A DNA stretch of 64,000 nucleotides from Antedon mediterranea (Eukaryota > Animalia > Echinodermata): positions 16,696,871-16,760,870 of the forward strand of contig NC_092676.1 of assembly GCF_964355755.1 (NCBI RefSeq), written 5' to 3'. Positions within the stretch are counted from its first letter, which is position 1, and each line of letters starts with the position of its first letter. Under the pieces are notes generated by a model. The model ran no database searches, was not told where the DNA came from, and was given only the letters and a program-made list of their open reading frames with translations. Position numbers and translations under genes: made by a program. This document shows, piece after piece, positions 62,278-64,000 of the stretch.

Positions 62278-62373
62278 GTGGCATACAATCACAACTCTGG
62301 CATCCGTTTGTTTCCACGCGGTATCCATAGTAACAAGGCCATGGACATGATCGTTCCGGACAAAACGTCTTAC
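62278..62373 (-). CDS. Antistasin-domain exon (protease-inhibitor module) of an unresolved gene or pseudogene
   Basis: TTTTGTTTCAAAG acceptor, C|GTAAAT donor, 96 nt, phase 1-1; KTFCPERSCPWPCYYGYRVETNGCQSCDCMP = C-x4-C-x3-C-x2-G-Y-x4-N-G-C-x2-C-x-C. Confidence 0.75.
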
Positions 62374-62734
62374 CTTTGAAACAAAAGTAATAATATATAC
62401 ATATTTAAAAATACGAAACTGTTTTGTCAGGTATTTTGATTCCCTGTGAATTTCTGGAGTGGAGGGGCGTTGTGTGTTGGAAATGTTTGTGTTTTTGGGT
62501 AATGTTTAAACAAGGGAGTAAATTACAATTAATAATTTCATACTTCCCTGGTTTGAAGAAATAATAATCGGGAGTATCCCTAGACAGTTGAGTTGTCACC
62601 AAGCGTACGTGGGCACACTGTAAACTACAGCCATAATATCGGCACATGTTCAAAACACTTCTCGACCATGACTATTCTAGTTCTCAAATAAGGCCTTAAA
62701 ACCCAGTGTACACATCTGGCTCGTGTGTACTTAC

Positions 62735-62991
62735 CTTGGTTCGCACTAGAACGTACCGCAAGGACGTAAACGCAACGCAAGCGTTTTAACCAATGACAAG
62801 CGAAGTTATAGACAGTATAAAGCTTGGTTCCCACTAGAACGTAACGCAAGGACGTAAACGCAACGCAAGCGTTTTAACCAATGACAAGCGAAGTTAGCAA
62901 AATCACAAGCGAATAAGCCATCGCTTGTGATTGGTCAATTCACTTGCGTTGCGTTACGTCCTTGCGTTGCGTCGCTAGTTGGAACCACGCT
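62735..62991. mobile_element. Harbinger-like MITE (full copy 62821-62991) preceded by a partial tandem copy
   Basis: Near-identical to 2498-2676; 62735-62815 repeats its first ~80 bp. Confidence 0.85.
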
Positions 62992-63309
62992 TTAAAGAAC
63001 CCCTGTGCAACTTTCGGAAAGAGTAGTGGTTTGGTTTAATGTTGCGTTTGTATGTGGTCCAAAACTGGATTATTAAGGAAAACACTAATGATCCCATATA
63101 TCACTTACTCAGCAAAGCATAAATGTTGTAAGTGTGTTTCCTTTAATCATAAGTCACGTAGAATGTCTTATCGTCAGTATTGTGAAAATGACAATGCTTT
63201 CCTCTGTGATCGTTTGTGCTATTGTCACGTATATTAAATGATAGAGAAAGTACAAATAAAGTACAGTTTGTAGATTCAAATCATTTTAACATTAAATTTA
63301 CAATGATTT

Positions 63310-63548
63310 CCATCCAGATCCGTACATGCTTATCCCCTAAAAGTCACATCATGCTGCCAATTGGCCCTCTTGTCTGTCCACGACAGTGGCTGTGCGAGCT
63401 AAAACGGGGGTCCCTACTCGTGTCGGAAGGTGCACACGAGAAGACTCGTTCTATCACCAGAACTATGCTGCCAGCAGTTGGTCTCGAATCTAATTGTCGA
63501 TGTTATAGCTACGTATATTACGCCGCTGTCTTAACCACTCGGCCACTA
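63310..63548 (-). mobile_element. tRNA-derived SINE
   Basis: Minus strand A box GTGGCCGAGTGGTTAAG, B box GATTCGAGACC, then a GC-richer body. Confidence 0.6.
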
Positions 63549-64000
63549 CTAAAATGTCAATAATTATTGAATTGAATCCAAATCCATTACTAACCTGGAG
63601 TACACTGTGAACAAGCCCACACTTTGCCGACACACGTACTGTAATTTAAAGTAAAACAAAATAATAATTTTAAAAAAACCATTATATATTTTAGGAAGAT
63701 GTTTTGTTGAATGAAAAATACTAAATTCATTATCCAAAGTGACACAAACTTGGATCTATCAGCAATCGTAATATATTTCCAAGATAGAATAATGATAAGA
63801 AATTGAGTTTATCATATCAATTACCCTTCAGATGTGTGTTTTTATCTAAAGAATAACAGCAAACATAATATATATAGCGTAAAAAGTCTACACAAATTTG
63901 AACCATTGATATTTTGCATTAATTCCGAATATGAATATCGGACGGTGACGGTAATCGAAACAAATGTGTTATATTATTTAAAGCTTGACTCCCACAGATT

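Noticed and set aside
63052-63563. Cys-containing short ORFs on the plus strand
   Set aside because: No domain pattern; the second overlaps an antisense SINE.

Overview
AT-rich eukaryotic (animal) genomic DNA with spliceosomal GT-AG introns. It is most consistent with a marine invertebrate, possibly an echinoderm (inference from the repeat and gene content only). There are no prokaryotic features and no CRISPR. Three host genes can be reconstructed exon by exon. (1) An NXPE-family (SGNH/PC-esterase) gene on the minus strand, 16270 to at least 21704, 5' end not found. (2) MOB2 on the plus strand, 5 coding exons, 34839-47254, 221 aa. (3) A PPP1R15 (GADD34/CReP) eIF2-alpha phosphatase subunit on the plus strand, 2 coding exons, 51551-58126, 696 aa, with ATF4-type promoter motifs and uORFs. 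An antistasin-domain exon missed by the ORF track lies at 62278-62373 (-). The rest is dense transposon debris: RTE-X, L1-Tx1, CR1, Rex/Babar, Penelope with a hammerhead remnant, SINEs, Helitron/HINE, and Sola, MULE, Zator-like, Tc2-like, Kolobok-like, Harbinger-like and ISL2EU-like non-autonomous elements, including two multi-layer nests. The most unusual signal is that much of the non-coding DNA looks written by DNA-transposon excision scars. TA-CAG/CTG-TA is very dense in the transcribed introns, TA-GGCC-TA clusters next to the MOB2 first exon, and there are 7-bp-TSD-flanked CA...TG mini-palindromes of P/Galileo type. In several places a paired repeat copy shows the unscarred ancestral state. 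All family assignments come from reading motifs by eye, not from database searches.
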